Assembly (NCBI RefSeq): GCF_009914755.1
Contig: NC_060933.1
Reading direction: 5' to 3' (one strand)
Origin: the human T2T-CHM13v2.0 reference genome, Homo sapiens
Length of the DNA stretch: 64,000 nt
In this document: in pieces, positions 1 to 12,935 of the stretch
Layout: every line of letters begins with the position of its first letter
Numbering within the stretch: the first letter of the stretch is position 1
Made by a program: the position numbers and the translations under genes
Notes under the pieces: generated by a model
Databases searched by the model: none
What the model was told of the DNA's origin: nothing
The model's input: only the letters and a program-made list of their open reading frames with translations

Positions 1-281
1 GGCAACACAAATATTGAATCATACATGAAGAGATACCCCAGGAAGAGACACATGGAGAGACACAAATACAGAATCTCCTATATTTTGTAGGAGTGGCCTT
101 TATCACAGGTATTGATATCTGAACTTGTGTTGTTTTGAACAGTCCATAAAACTGTGCATTCCAAGACTGCACTAATACCTGCCTTATCAGAATCACCAGG
201 GCTGAAACTAGAAACGTGTTGTTTCTAAAAACTGCATAGATATTTCTGTTATGTACCCTTAGCTGGAAGCATCTCTTATAT

Positions 282-648
282 CGTAAGGAAAATGGATATG
301 CTGCAGTCAAGAATCGGCCAAGTCAGACACCCAGTCCTACATGACTCAGCGAGTTTGGAGCACAGGTACACAACTCTGCTCATTATGTAACCACTCCATG
401 TGAGGCACATTAGGTAATAACCCAGGTGAGCTCATGCTTGACTCAGAGCCCCTATTGACTGTAAAAGATGTAATTATCCTGATAACGTTGTACATATGGT
501 TTGTGCACACAGCTCGTGCCCAGGAGCCCTCGCACCCAGAGAGAGAGAGAGTAAAGCCATGTCAAAACTGTCCGCTATTCCTCCAGTGTTTTTCCAGCTA
601 CCGCCACTCACCCATCAACTCCCCTCAGACCTCAGTTAGAACCTGATG
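282..648 (+). mobile_element. Solo LTR, LTR18-like (ERVL/HERVL18)
   Basis: Starts (c)gtaaggaaaatgg and ends agaacctga(tg), i.e. decayed TG...CA termini; flanked by 5-bp TSD tatat (277-281 and 649-653); two TGACTCA motifs inside. Confidence 0.8.
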
Positions 649-984
649 TATATTAAGCCTTCAACCCTCCTAAAGTAGTGTGCATGCCAATCTTTCCCTT
701 ACAACTGAATGAGCCTTACTAATACACTGGAACATGGTGCTTTTTCGAAAATTAAGTTTGTTACTTTTGCCAATTTTAGGATTTTTTGGCCAAATTAATT
801 TGTAATATTTAATTATTTTCTACTTACACTTTCAATTTTATATATTTTAGCTAATATTTTAGGTTTCCTGGTTTTAACCTTGTCTACTATTATTATTTTT
901 GTTCACATTCTTTTAAAATATTTTGCATTTTATTTATCTTAATCCTTAGGTTAGCTGTTTTTATTTTCAGGAGTTAATTATTAA

Positions 985-1575
985 ATTATTAGAATGTCTT
1001 TCATGGCAAGCAATGGAAAAGTCAAATCAAACTGGCTTAACCAATAAGAACATTTTAGAACTCTTGTATATGCAAGTCCATAGGTCAGATGAGCTTTAGG
1101 ATTTACTTAATCTAAGGACTCTGTCTTTATTTTCCCTGTGATTCTTAGGGAGGAGAGAGAGCAGATGACATCTCTATGTACTAGCTTCATCCGCAGGCTG
1201 GTAATCAGGTGGCTATAGTTGTCATAGTATATTTCCCAATGGCCAGCAGGAGAGAGCTCTCCTAAGATTTCCCCTTAAGAATAAGAAAAAGTTTCTCAGA
1301 ATCCTTTTTTCAAAATTCCCCTTACATTTCAATGATCCACATCTGGTTTTGTGTCCTTTCCAGAACCAATCTCTGTTGACAAGGAGTTCCCAATTCTGCT
1401 TAACATACACTTGGATTCCTAAACCAATCACTGACTGGGAGATGTCATTTTCTTAGTTGACTTAACCTAATTAGATCTGGAACCAACGTCCCAAATCACA
1501 TGGTTGCTACAAATCAGCAGGGTAGATACCAGAAGGAAAATTAGGATGTTAGCAGGGAAAAGAAAAAGGTAAAAC
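985..1575 (-). mobile_element. Old MaLR LTR (MLT1J/K-like)
   Basis: gcaagcaatggaaaagtcaaatcaaactggcttaa and later aaaccaatcactgactggga resemble reverse-strand MLT1; highly diverged. Confidence 0.55.
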
Positions 1576-1602
1576 AGCTGCTGGTTATGCAACCAGTAAT
1601 AT

Positions 1603-1650
1603 CCATCATCATTATCATCACCATCATTCATCATCTTCATCATCACTATT
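1603..1650. repeat. Imperfect (CAT)n microsatellite
   Basis: ccatcatcattatcatcaccatcattcatcatcttcatcatcact. Confidence 0.8.
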
Positions 1651-2694
1651 ATCTTTACCTTCATTTTTCCATTGGTCTCAACACAAACAAAAATCACAGG
1701 TGTAAAATGCTTTCATTTGTTTCAATTTTTTAAATTAAAATGACAGCTCTATCCTGGGTTTACTTTTTGTTTTAACTAGGAAATTGAGTGATATGGTAAA
1801 CCATTTTCTCTCTGTGAAATCTGCTCTGATTCTTAGCCAACAGGCAAAGTTAATGGTTCTTCTATAATACTTCCTTCATGTTTTTGGCTTAGTGCTTATC
1901 AATTTATATTAGATTATAACAGATCATCATGTTACAGGTGGAATGGGGCATTCATTGTCGAAGCCCCAAAACCTATTATAATGCCTGGAATACATTAGGT
2001 ACACAATTAACATTTACCAAATTGACTTAAATATCAGGCAATTGGAATGTTTATGGAGCACATTCACTGAAATAAAATATATTGCAAAGGATAATTCCAG
2101 ATCATGATGATTTTGAAGAAAACTGCATAAGTGCTATATTTCTCTGCCTTAAGCAACTTTAGAAAAATACACTCTCCAGATTTTGACAATTTAATATAAA
2201 AGCCTACCAAAAAATCGTATATTGAGAAATAGCTTTAAGTTACAAGAATAATATGCTGGGACAGGAATGTGTTGTGATAACTATTACAAATCCTGAGCCA
2301 ATAAACTATGATTTTTGGATTCTCACATAATGTCTCAGATGCATTTTTAAAACTTTTTATTAAAACACCTCTCAAAATGTCAGTGAGACATGGAAGATGG
2401 CTCTGAGAATCTGCTTATCAACTTATGAGCAGAAGTTGAGGAAATTATTTTGAAAAAATGCATATGATACATTTATAATTATATCTGTATATATACATAT
2501 ATGTATATATTAGCATGTAATATTTCAGTACAGTGTAATAGAAAACACTAAGTTATGTATAAGCAAAGACTGATAATTATCTCCTAATTCTCACAATTAT
2601 AAAATTAGAGTTTAAGACTGATTTTATGAAGCAGAAAATCTTAAAGACAACTTCAAGTAGAATTATAAATAAAGCACGACCCTCTTGGACTAGA

Positions 2695-3250
2695 TGCTGT
2701 GGAGTGGCCACTCCATTTCTATCCCACCTGCCTTCCATGGTAACTTTCTATACAGATCCCAGAGAGGAAAGCAATGCATTTTCCAGATTCCTTCACAGCT
2801 AGAGTTTTGGGTAAAAATTCTCACTAATCAAGTAAAAGTACAGAAACTTTGGAAAGCAGAAGTGAATTAAAGATTATGTCTGGCCCATTTTACTGTTTTA
2901 GCTGTTGGCAATCAAGGTTGTAGAGATACGGCTTTCCTGCATCAGCAGTCCAGTGTCCATTCCCCAGTTTCTCAGACAATTGTGGTGGTGATGCTAGCAG
3001 TAGCAGCAGCAGTAAGGTTGGTGGTAATTCCTGATTTCCACTCCTATACCTTGGATATCAGCTCAAACACTATATTCTTAAGCTCAATATTTCCAAAGTG
3101 ACTTAAAAGATAATAGCTCCTTTGATGGAACGATTCTTTCATGTTCAAGAAATAATTCCTGGAGGCCCAGGAGAATTTGTTTCTCTAGATGTCCTAACAA
3201 TTTTGTAGCAAATACCTTCCTGCTTTCTATTTAAAACATAGATGCTGTTA
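2695..3250 (+). mobile_element. Old ERVL LTR (LTR33-like)
   Basis: ttccagattccttcacagctagagttttgg motif and agcagtagcagcagcag tract resemble the LTR33 group. Confidence 0.55.
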
Positions 3251-3879
3251 GAATATGCCTATCAAAACAAGAAAAGTTTAGAGCAAAAAAAATTGTAGGA
3301 AACAGGAAAAAAAAATGTACAGAATTAGAAAATATTAAATAAAATAACAAAAATAAGATCAAACATAGGAGTTATGCTAATAAATAAAATATCTAAGTTA
3401 TTTCCTGCTTTTTAAATGAAAAACACTACTGTAATGTGTCAAGTTAGTGCATAAATGTTGATGATTATAAGAAACCTACCTATAGCTATGAAACAAAAAT
3501 GGCAAATACAGAATAATTAGCAAAAATATATTTGATAAATTAAAAAGAAAAAAGGTTGCTTGCTTTCTTGCAGTGGTTCAGTGTTTACATCAGAGAAAAT
3601 AAAATTCAATTTTAAAAACATTAAATAGAAAAAAATTATATCCTCAATGAAAATGAGTCATAAACATTTATGTTCCAAGTAACATTGATTTTAAAAATGT
3701 GGAGTCATGTTTTATGAAAATCCAAATCTTTAAAACTCTGCAACAACAACTCAATACCATGCTGAAGTCAGACGTCAGGAAACAAAGTTTCAAAATGAAC
3801 AAAGTTGGTCTCTTCCCTAACATCCTTTCCTTCTTTATACCCCTGTCCCTAGTCATCAATTCAACTTTGTTAAATCAAA

Positions 3880-4490
3880 GTTATTCTAACATAACATAAA
3901 GTGAAATTCAAACATTGAAAAAAAATGTGTCATTCATGAAGTGGATGAAAGTACTATTGGAGACCTGCTGAAATCTCACCAAAAGACAGTGTCTTAAGAG
4001 ACTCTTCTAGAATGAGACGAATTTCAACAGTCATAATATGACAGATGCTACAAAAGAGAATGATTTGAAAGTTGAAGGACTAAAGGAGGCCCTTGGGGAA
4101 ATTGGCAAAGCCCTGAAATATTATCTTGTTTCTGATATTATTGCCAATGGCAATGCCCAGGGAAGGCTGTTACATTGTGCTATTGCCAAGAAAATTAAGT
4201 CTATCTCAGACTCAGGATGATTTTTTCTTTCTTTTTTCACTTTTTGTAATACAGTTCCACCTCCATGTACAAAGAGACTATGTTCTTTGTAACATAGCCT
4301 ATGATGAACGGATTTCATTTTTTTAAATCAAATTGCTTCATAATTTTCAACTTTTTGTTTTTCAATATAAGTATTAATCAAAATATTGATTCTCAATACC
4401 CTATGAAATTTTGGTTCTGATTTCAAGTGGTTGCAATTTAAGTAGTCTTTTCCTAGTATCAGGCATTCCTAGGTAATTATGACCGTTTAT
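3880..4490 (+). mobile_element. Ancient TcMar-Tigger transposon fragment (transposase C-terminal region)
   Basis: Decayed coding-like text EVDESTIGDLLKSH and LKVEGLKEALGEIGKALKY resembles Tigger C-terminal helices. Confidence 0.4.
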
Positions 4491-5367
4491 CTGGTAAAGT
4501 AAAATCTGTTAAATATACAAATAAAAAATGACAGAAACACAGATGTAACTGTATACCTAAATAGGTATATAAAGTACTATAATAACATAATTTATAAATG
4601 TAAAAAATATATGTTTTCAAAAACTTTGTTTTGTTTTGAGTTTTACAAAGTAAACTTCAGAAATCACATTATTAAAAAATGAACTGCAATCAAAATGCTC
4701 AAGTGAATTGTTCAACTTAATTCTCTAAGTTTAATTAAGACTTCATATGGTTTAAATAACAGGTATCTTTAAGAAAAATTTAGTTTATTTATTATTGAAT
4801 CTATCAGCTGATGTAATTTTTAAAACTATATTAATGTTCACATTGTTTAATAACTCATTTAGTTGTCTGAACATTTTAAAGCATCTGAAAAAGCACAAGC
4901 AAAGACCTTTCAATGCAGAAAATACTATTTTAAATATTAAATTAGAATTATATTATTTTCTTAAAATAAGAGAAGCGGAATAAATGATGTCTTCTGTATG
5001 ATCAAGGCAAGAAATAACATTATTTTGAAACTTATCTCTTTCATTTTTAACTAACTAAATAGCACTATTTGGCTTAGAAGCTCCTTATGATTGTTAAAAT
5101 TTTAAAAAAATGTGTTATTTTTCCATGACTTTGTTATACATCTGTCTTTATTATATTCACAAGAAACAGAAATGATATCTTCATTTTAAGTTTCCACAAC
5201 ATAACTTCAAAACATTTCAAAAACCAGAAAAAGCGGAAGCCTCATTCTATAACTTCAGTGATCTAAGTAAAGATAAATAACACAATTTGCAAACTGAATT
5301 TGGGAGGACTGCTGTCAGCACAATGCAGATTAGGAAGCTCCAGGTTATGGTTCTCCCAGGAAAACAT

Positions 5368-6828
5368 AAAAACAGTATGGTCCTGACAAAAAGACAGACA
5401 AAACAACCAACAGAATAAAATGGAGCTCAGAAAGAAACCTTTGTATATATTGTAAAATGATTTTCAACAAGGATTCCAAGACCATTCAATGGGGAAAGGA
5501 CAGTCGTTTCAACAAATGTTATTGGGGAAACTGGGTATCTACATGCAAAAATATTGTTGAACCCTTATACTATTTAAAAAAAAAACTCAAAATAAATCAA
5601 AATAACTCAAAGTGGATCAAAGGCCTAAACACTAATAACTAGAACTATAAAACTCTTAGAAGAACACAGAGGAGAAAGAAACTTCATGACGGTGGGTTTA
5701 GTGGATTTCTTGGATCTGAAACCAAAAGCACAGGCAACAAAAGAAAATAGATAAGTTGGATTTCATCAAATTTAAAACTTTTGTGCATCAAAAACGTTAC
5801 CGACAGAATAAAGAGGCAACCCACAGAATAAGAGAAAATATTGGCAAATCATATATTGATAAGAAATTTATATCTAGAATATATAAAGAACTTCTACAAC
5901 TCGAAAGTAACAACAACAAAAAAAACTTGATTAAAAAATGAAGAAAAGACTTGGATAGACATTTTTCCAAAGAAGGTATCCAAATTTATATCTCCAGACA
6001 ATATATGCAGGTGGCCAAAAAACACACACAAAAAATGTTTAACACTACTAATTTTTAGGGAAATTTAAATGAAAACCCCAATGAGATACCACTTTACATT
6101 CATTAGGATGGCTATTACAAAAAAAAAAAAAAACATAGAAAATCACAGTTGTTGGTGAGGATATAAAGAAATTGGAAACTTTATACATTTTTGGTAAGAA
6201 TATAAAATATTCCAGCCACTGTAGAAGATGTTATGGCAATTCTTCAAAAAAAATTAAACATCAAATTAACATATGACCCAGCACACTATTTCTGGTTATA
6301 TACTCAAAAGAATTGAAACAGAGTCTTGAATAGATTATTATACATTCATGCTCATGGCAGCATTACTCACAATTGCCAAAAGATAGAAGCAATCCAAGTG
6401 TCCATCAACAGATAAATGGATAAACAAAAAGTGGTAGAAACACAAAATGGAATATTATTCAGCCTTTAAAAAGAGAAAGATTCTGACACATGCTACAACA
6501 TGCATAAACTTTGAAGGCATTATGCTAAATGAAATAAATCAGTCATGAAAAGACAAATATTATATGATTCTACTTACATGAGGTTTCTAGAATATTTATA
6601 GAATCAGAAAGTAGAGTGGTGTGATTGCCAGGGATTGTGGGGTGTAGAGAATGGGGAGTTAATGTTTAATAGATACAGAGTTTCAGATGAGAAAAATGAA
6701 AGCATTCTGGAGATGGATGATGATCACGGTTGCACAATAATGTGAATGTACTTAATACCACAAAACTGTACCCTTAAAATGGTTTATAAGGTAAACTTTA
6801 TGCTATATATATTTTACCAAAACAAAAT
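5368..6828 (+). mobile_element. L1MB-type LINE-1, 3' part of ORF2 plus 3' UTR
   Basis: ORF 5457..5642 (IFNKDSKTIQWGKDSRFNKCYWGNW) is L1 ORF2 C-terminal sequence; 3' UTR gttgcacaataatgtgaatgtacttaatacc...tattttacc is L1MB-like. Confidence 0.9.
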
Positions 6829-6851
6829 ATTACTTAGAAATGTAAAAAGGA

Positions 6852-7004
6852 TGCTGGGCACAGTGGCTCATACCTGTAATCACAGGTCTTAGGGAGGCAG
6901 AGGTGGGAGGATAGCTTGAGGTCAGGAATTTGAGACCTGCCATGGCAATATACCAAGACTCCATTCTCCACAAAAAGAAAAAAAAAGATAAAAAGATAAA
7001 AAAG
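6852..7004 (+). mobile_element. Free left Alu monomer (FLAM)
   Basis: Single Alu arm plus A-rich tail, flanked by perfect 16-bp TSD agaaatgtaaaaagga (6836-6851, 7005-7020). Confidence 0.9.
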
Positions 7005-7020
7005 AGAAATGTAAAAAGGA

Positions 7021-7600
7021 AAACAGATAAAGCTCTTAACTCTTGAATAAGAAATTAAAGAATAATAAAAAATAGCCAGAAAATGAAGGCAATGGGGAAA
7101 GAAATCTGTGGGATGCAGCCAAAAAGAAAATTTGAGAGTTTTAAATGTCTTTGAATTAAACAAAAAAATTAGAGTAATTATATATTTACCTTAAAATTAT
7201 AAAATGTGTATATAACTCTTAACAAAACAGAATAAAGAATTAATAAAATTACAAACCAAAATTAATGACAACAGAATATTGGTAGAATTAATGAACACAT
7301 CCAAGACATTTCTCTGAAAAGGCCAGTAAGATAAATCTTTGGCAAAGCAACTAAAATAACTTAAAAAATAGAAAAAGTGGTATTACATATTTCTCATTAT
7401 GAATGAAACCTGAGAATGTATATCAATGTAGACCAAAAATGTTGAATATTTCACAAAATGTTTCACAATATTATTCACAGCATTATGTTGCATATAATAC
7501 ATATAACATTTTAAAATATTATATATGACTCTGAGATAGGAAATATAAAAATATTTGTCAATAAGCATCATTGAATATACAGCATTCTTAAGGGATACTC
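7021..7600 (+). mobile_element. Very old L1M ORF2 fragment
   Basis: aaatctgtgggatgcagccaaa and A-rich ORF2-like text. Confidence 0.5.
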
Positions 7601-7784
7601 TTTTTTAAACCCAAAAAAGTGCTAAGGGTTTTTTCCCCTATTTTTTCTTACTGTTTTATATCTACTATTATAAATTGCTCCATGAATATCAAATCTCTAA
7701 ATCAAATAGGATCTGACTCTGAGCCCTCTAATAATTTTGAAAAGTGGGAAGAGTGGGGCGGAGAGTAATTTTTTTTTCCAAGTG

Positions 7785-8210
7785 AGTTTTAACCAACATG
7801 ACCTTAACGTCCCACAACAGCTTGGCAGAATGTTAGTCAGGTTTCCTCCTGACTATGGCTCCCCAAACTCTTTTTTCTTAGAGCATTTTATGTAGAAAAC
7901 ATCACAGATACTTAATTTGCCCCTTCAAGATATAAGTTTTCTCACAGCTTCTTGCCAATATTACAAACCACGAACACATTTTTCAAGGAGCTGAAAAAGC
8001 ATCATTTTAAAATGTTGTCACTAAGAGAAATAAGAACCCCTATCTTTCAGTCTCTATAGGAAGGTAAGAACCTAAATTCCATGAGCACCAATTAGCAAAT
8101 ACAGATGGCCTAATCACATATGATAAACTTCCTTCTTGACATTCTCCCCTATTGGAATAGTCTTGAATAAAGTCTTTATTTAATTCTGTCCTCCAAATTT
8201 TTCTTTGACG
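7785..8210 (+). mobile_element. ERV1 LTR (MER31-like)
   Basis: ggtttcctcctgactatggc, cttagagcatttta, ccaattagcaaatacagatggcctaatcaca, gtcttgaataaagtc and the tttctttgac end. Confidence 0.7.
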
Positions 8211-10388
8211 ATCTACAGCAGGAAACAAGTTCCATGACACAGCAACATAATAAGAACTAGAAAACGCTAATTACCATTGTAACTTACCATAAGGTAACTT
8301 GATTTTTGTTTCATGTAACTTTTTAAAAGGAGAATTTGAGACAATATGGGTAAATATATTGGGATTGTTGATTCTCAGATATGTTCTTCTAGATTCTTGG
8401 TTTAAAAGCACAGATTATTTAAAACTTACTTAAAACTAAGAAAAAAAGAGAAATGAATGAAGAAAAAAGAATTACAACTCCAATATCTGATAACAGAAGA
8501 ATTATTTGGCATCTGTAGGTCAAGAGTATTTAGAAGGCGAAGAAAATTTCATCAAATAAAGGAGAGTCGAGCAAGAATGTTTACACATGAAATGTAAATA
8601 CTATTTTAAGAAGAATTTTATTATTGTAGGAATCATTAATTCTTATAATACCAAACTGGATAAAACATTTTATAGCAATATATAGTTGCCTATTTCTACT
8701 GTATTAAGTAGTGATATAACAAAACAACAAAAAAAGACTTCCCAGTCTCTTTCATTAAAATGAAAATTGCATTGAATCTAAATCAGAAAGGTTTTGCATA
8801 AATTTGTAAATCAGATATTTGGGCATGTAAGGAAGAATCTAAATATCTTAATATGCATTGTGTCCACCAACTCCTGGGTTCTGCCTGTTTATATTAAACC
8901 TTATTTTTAACATGAAAATTGATTGAAAAATGTAACCCAAACAAGTGAATATATTAGCATACGGTAAAACAAATGTCCTAGTTTGAACACAGTTCTGTAG
9001 TCTACATCTACGTAAAATACAGCACCTAAATGTCAAAAATATTTCTGAAAGTTAAAGAAATGAGAACCAAATGGCAGAGTAGAAGTGAGTTGGCTTCACT
9101 CCTCCACCCACAGAAAACCAAAAACAAATATATAGTGCTGAGATTATCACCAGCAATATTCCAGAACTCAAATATGAAAATGAGACAGTTGTGGGAGCCA
9201 AAGAAAGGTTAAAAAAAATTCATGCAGACTGTAAGAGAATCAAACTTTTGATCCACAACACCCTTCCCCCAATCTGCTAGGCCCCAAGAGTGCAGAAAAT
9301 TTTCCCCTGACTCACAGTTACTATACTAAAAAAAAAAAATTGAGATAGAGATGGACAACCAGCTTACCCACCATGTTGAATTTGCTGGCAAAAGGCCTGT
9401 CCCTGCCTCAACTGACAGAAAGCCTCACAAGTGCCTAAAGGGATAAAAATTCCTGATGACAGCTGGAGACAAAGGGGAGGTGGGATTACTGTCTCCAAAC
9501 TGGAAAACACTGCTCTATATCTCAGCCAAAGAAACCACCAAATCAGAGTAGCTGTTCAGCAGCACCATGCTATAGGCACTATGTTACACAAGTCCCCCGA
9601 ACATAAACCCCTAATCAGCCTTTCCACACTGCCAGGATATTCCCTTTGGGACCTCCCCAATTCAGGATGAACAGCACTTTGAAATTTACTGGAGCAGAGG
9701 CAAACCTGAACTTAAAGTGCCATCTAGTGCTAAAAACAAGGCAGTGACTTAGCAAAAAAGACATTAAATGGTGAGTTGCAATGGTATGTTGCAAAGAAAT
9801 TGCTAAGCAAACATAACTAATAAAAAGAAAAACAAGATAGAGAACACTAGAATAAATAACTTATACCTGCATAGAATAAATAACATATCCCTGCATGTGA
9901 AGGCATAGATTTCTATCCACAATAAACAATAACAAGCAGAGAACTGTGATCTCTCAAAGTAGACAAAGCAAGAAACCAGAGACAGACTATAATGAGGTGG
10001 TGACAGGCAAGCTCTCTCGTCAAGAATTCAAAATAGAAACTTTAAGAAAATTCAGTGATCTCTAAAATTACACAGAAAAGCAACTCAGAAATCTATCAGA
10101 GAAATTTAACAGAGGTTTAAATAAAATAATTTAAAAATCCTGGATATAAGAAATATATTTGCTATACTGAAAAATTTCTTAGAAGATCTCAAAAAGCAGA
10201 CTGGATCAAGCAAAGAATCAGTTAACTCAAAGACAAGCTATTGGAAAACACACAGTCAGAGGAAAGAAAAGAAAAAAGTGGAAAGGAATGAGGAATGCCT
10301 ACAAGATATAGACAATTACCTCAAAAGAGCAAATCTAAGAATTATTGTTGTTCAAGTGGGATTGGAGTAAGAGCAAAGGGGAGAAAGC

Positions 10389-10694
10389 TTGTTTAAAGAA
10401 ATAATAATAGAACACTTTTTGAAACTTAAGAAAGTTATAAACCTACAGGAAGACCATAGGTCACCAAATAAATTAAACCCAAGTGAGACTAATCTAAGGC
10501 ATATAATAATCAAACTCTCAAAAATCAAGAACAAAGAGAGAATCTTAAAAGCAGCAAGAGGAGAGAGGCAAATAACATATAAAGGAGATCCAATTCATCT
10601 GACAACAGACTTCTCAACAACAACTATACAGGCCAGGAGGGAGTGGGATGAAATATTCAAAGTGCTGGAAGCACAATCAAACACTGCCAACTGA
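10389..10694 (+). pseudogene. L1 ORF1p remnant (RRM/CTD region)
   Basis: RHIIIKLSKIKNKERILKAARGERQITYKGDPIHLTTDFSTTTIQARREWDEIFKVL matches ORF1p; broken by stops and frameshifts on both sides. Confidence 0.92.
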
Positions 10695-10978
10695 GAATTT
10701 TGGACCCTACAAAAATACACTTCAAAGATGGAAGAGAAATAAAGTCTTTTTCAGACAAACAAAAGCTGAGGGAATTCATAACCACCAGACTCATCTTACA
10801 AGAAATGCTCAAGGGAATTCTTCATTCTCAAAGACAAAAACACTAATGTGCAAAAAGAAAAGATTTGAAGGTGTGAAACCCACTGGTAAAAGTAAGTATG
10901 CAAAGAAATTCAAAATAGGCTGACACTGTAATTATGATATGAAATCCAGGCATAAATCTAGTGTAAGGACTAAAGGAC

Positions 10979-12234
10979 TATGCAAAGAGACTTGTGGCAT
11001 TTAACCCCTGCCCTAGAGGTCTATGGAACTTTGAACTTGAGAGAGATGATTTAGGGTATCTGGCAAAATAAATTTCTAAGTGTCAAAGTATTCAAGAGGA
11101 AGCAGAGCATAAAAGTTTGGAAAATTTGCATGATGTGGTAGAAAAGAAAACTCCATCTTCTGGGGAGAAATTCAAGGCAGCTGCAGAAATTTGCATAAGT
11201 AATGAGGAACCAAATGTTAGTCATCAAGACAATGGGGAAAATGTCTCCAGACCATGTCAGAGATCTTCATGACAACTCCACCCATCACAGGTCCGGAGGG
11301 CTAGAAGGGACAAATGGTTTCCTGGGCTGAGTTCAGGGACCCTCTGCTGTGTGCAGCCTTGGGACTTGGTGCCCTGTGTCCCAGGCACTTCAGCTGTCAC
11401 TAAAAGAGACAAACCTACAGCTCAGGCCTTTGCTTCAGAGGGTACAAGCTCCAAGTCTTGGTGTCTTACCCATGATGTTGGACCTGCGGGTGCACAGAAG
11501 TCAAGAATTGAGGTTTGGGAACCTCCACATAGATTTTAGAGGATGTATGGAAATGCCTGGATGTCCAGGCAGAGGGGTGCTGCAGGGGCAAAGCCCTCAT
11601 GGAGAACCTCTGCTAGGGCAGTGCTGAAGGAAACTGTGGGGTGGGAGCCCACACACAGAGTCCCCACTGAGGCACTGCCTAGTGGAGCTGTGAGAAGAGG
11701 ACTGCTGTCCTCCAGACCCCAGAATGGTAGATCCACTGAAAGCCTGAACTATGCACCTGAAAAAGCCACACTCAGTGAGAGCCCTTGAAAACAGCCAGGA
11801 AGGGGGCTGTACCCTGCAAAGCCACAGGGGAAGAGCTGCCCAAGACCATGGGAACCTACCTTTGCTTCAGCGTGATCGGGATGTGAGACATGGAGTCAAA
11901 GGAGATCATTTTGGAGCTTTAAGGTTTAATGACTACCCTGCTGGGTTTTGGATTTGCATGGGGCCTGTGGACTCTTCGTTTTGACCAATTTCCCCTATTT
12001 GGAATGGGTATCTTTACCCAATGCTTGTACCTCCCTTGTGTTTAGGAAGTAACTAACTTGCTATTGATTTTACAGGCTCATAGGTGGAAGGGACTGGCCT
12101 TGTCTCAGATGAGACTTTGGACTTGGACTTTTGAGTTAATGCTGGAATGAGTTAAGACTTTGGGGGACTGTTGGGAGGACATGATTGTGTTTTGAATTGT
12201 GAGGACTGAGATTTGGGAGGGGCCAGGTGTGGAA
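10979..12234 (+). mobile_element. THE1 internal region (MaLR), 5' LTR missing
   Basis: gcaaagagacttgtggc...ggaactttgaacttgagagagatgatttagggtatctggc; ORFs 11351..11539 and 11543..11788 are THE1-int remnants; purine tract gggaggggccagg just before the LTR. Confidence 0.92.
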
Positions 12235-12596
12235 TAATATGGTTAGGCTTTGTGTCCCCACCCAATTTTCATCTTGAATTGTAGCTCCCATAATCTCCAT
12301 GTGTCATGAAAAGGACCCAGTGGGAGGTAATTGAATCATTGGGGCAGATTTTTCCCATGCTGTTCACTTGAAGCCTCATGAGATCTGATTTTACAATCAT
12401 TTCATAAAGGACAGTTCGCTTGTATATGCTCTCTTGCCTGCTGCCATTTAAGACGTGCCTTTGCTCCTCCTTTGCCTTCCACCATAGTGGTGAGGCCTCC
12501 CCAGCTATGTGGAACTGTGAGTCCATTAAATTGTTCTTTATAAATTACCCAGTCTCAGGTATGTCTTTATTAGCGGCATGAGAATGGACTAATACA
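12235..12596 (+). mobile_element. THE1C/D-type 3' LTR
   Basis: t(a)atatggttaggctttgtgtccccaccc ... gagaatggactaataca. Confidence 0.93.
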
Positions 12597-12749
12597 GTTG
12601 TCACCAGTTTAAAGTAATTTGTTATATCTATAACATAGTTTTATAAGCCTCATGATAACCGTAAAACGAAAACTTATAATAAATACACTAAAAAAAGCAA
12701 TGAATTAAATCATACTCCCAGAGAAAACCACTTAATCACAAAGGAAGAA

Positions 12750-12935
12750 ATGAAGAAAGAAGAGTTACTAAACAACCAGAAAGCAAGTAACAAAATGATA
12801 GTAGTAATTCTGTACTTATCAGTAATAATATTGAATGTAAATGAATTCAGTTCTCCAAGTAAAACACATAGAATGGCTAAATGGATAAAGAAACAAGATC
12901 CAACTATATGCTGCCTCACCTCTAAAGACACATAG
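12750..12935 (+). pseudogene. L1 ORF2 endonuclease N-terminus remnant
   Basis: YLSVIILNVNEFSSPSKTHRMAKWIKKQDPTICCL resembles the APE-like EN start (LNVNGLNSPIKRHRLA.WIK.QDP..CC). Confidence 0.9.

Noticed and set aside
170-275. Possible MER5-like hAT fragment
   Set aside because: Too short and diverged to support without an alignment.
2700-2715. Perfect 16-bp palindrome tggagtggccactcca
   Set aside because: Roughly one to two such palindromes are expected by chance in 64 kb.
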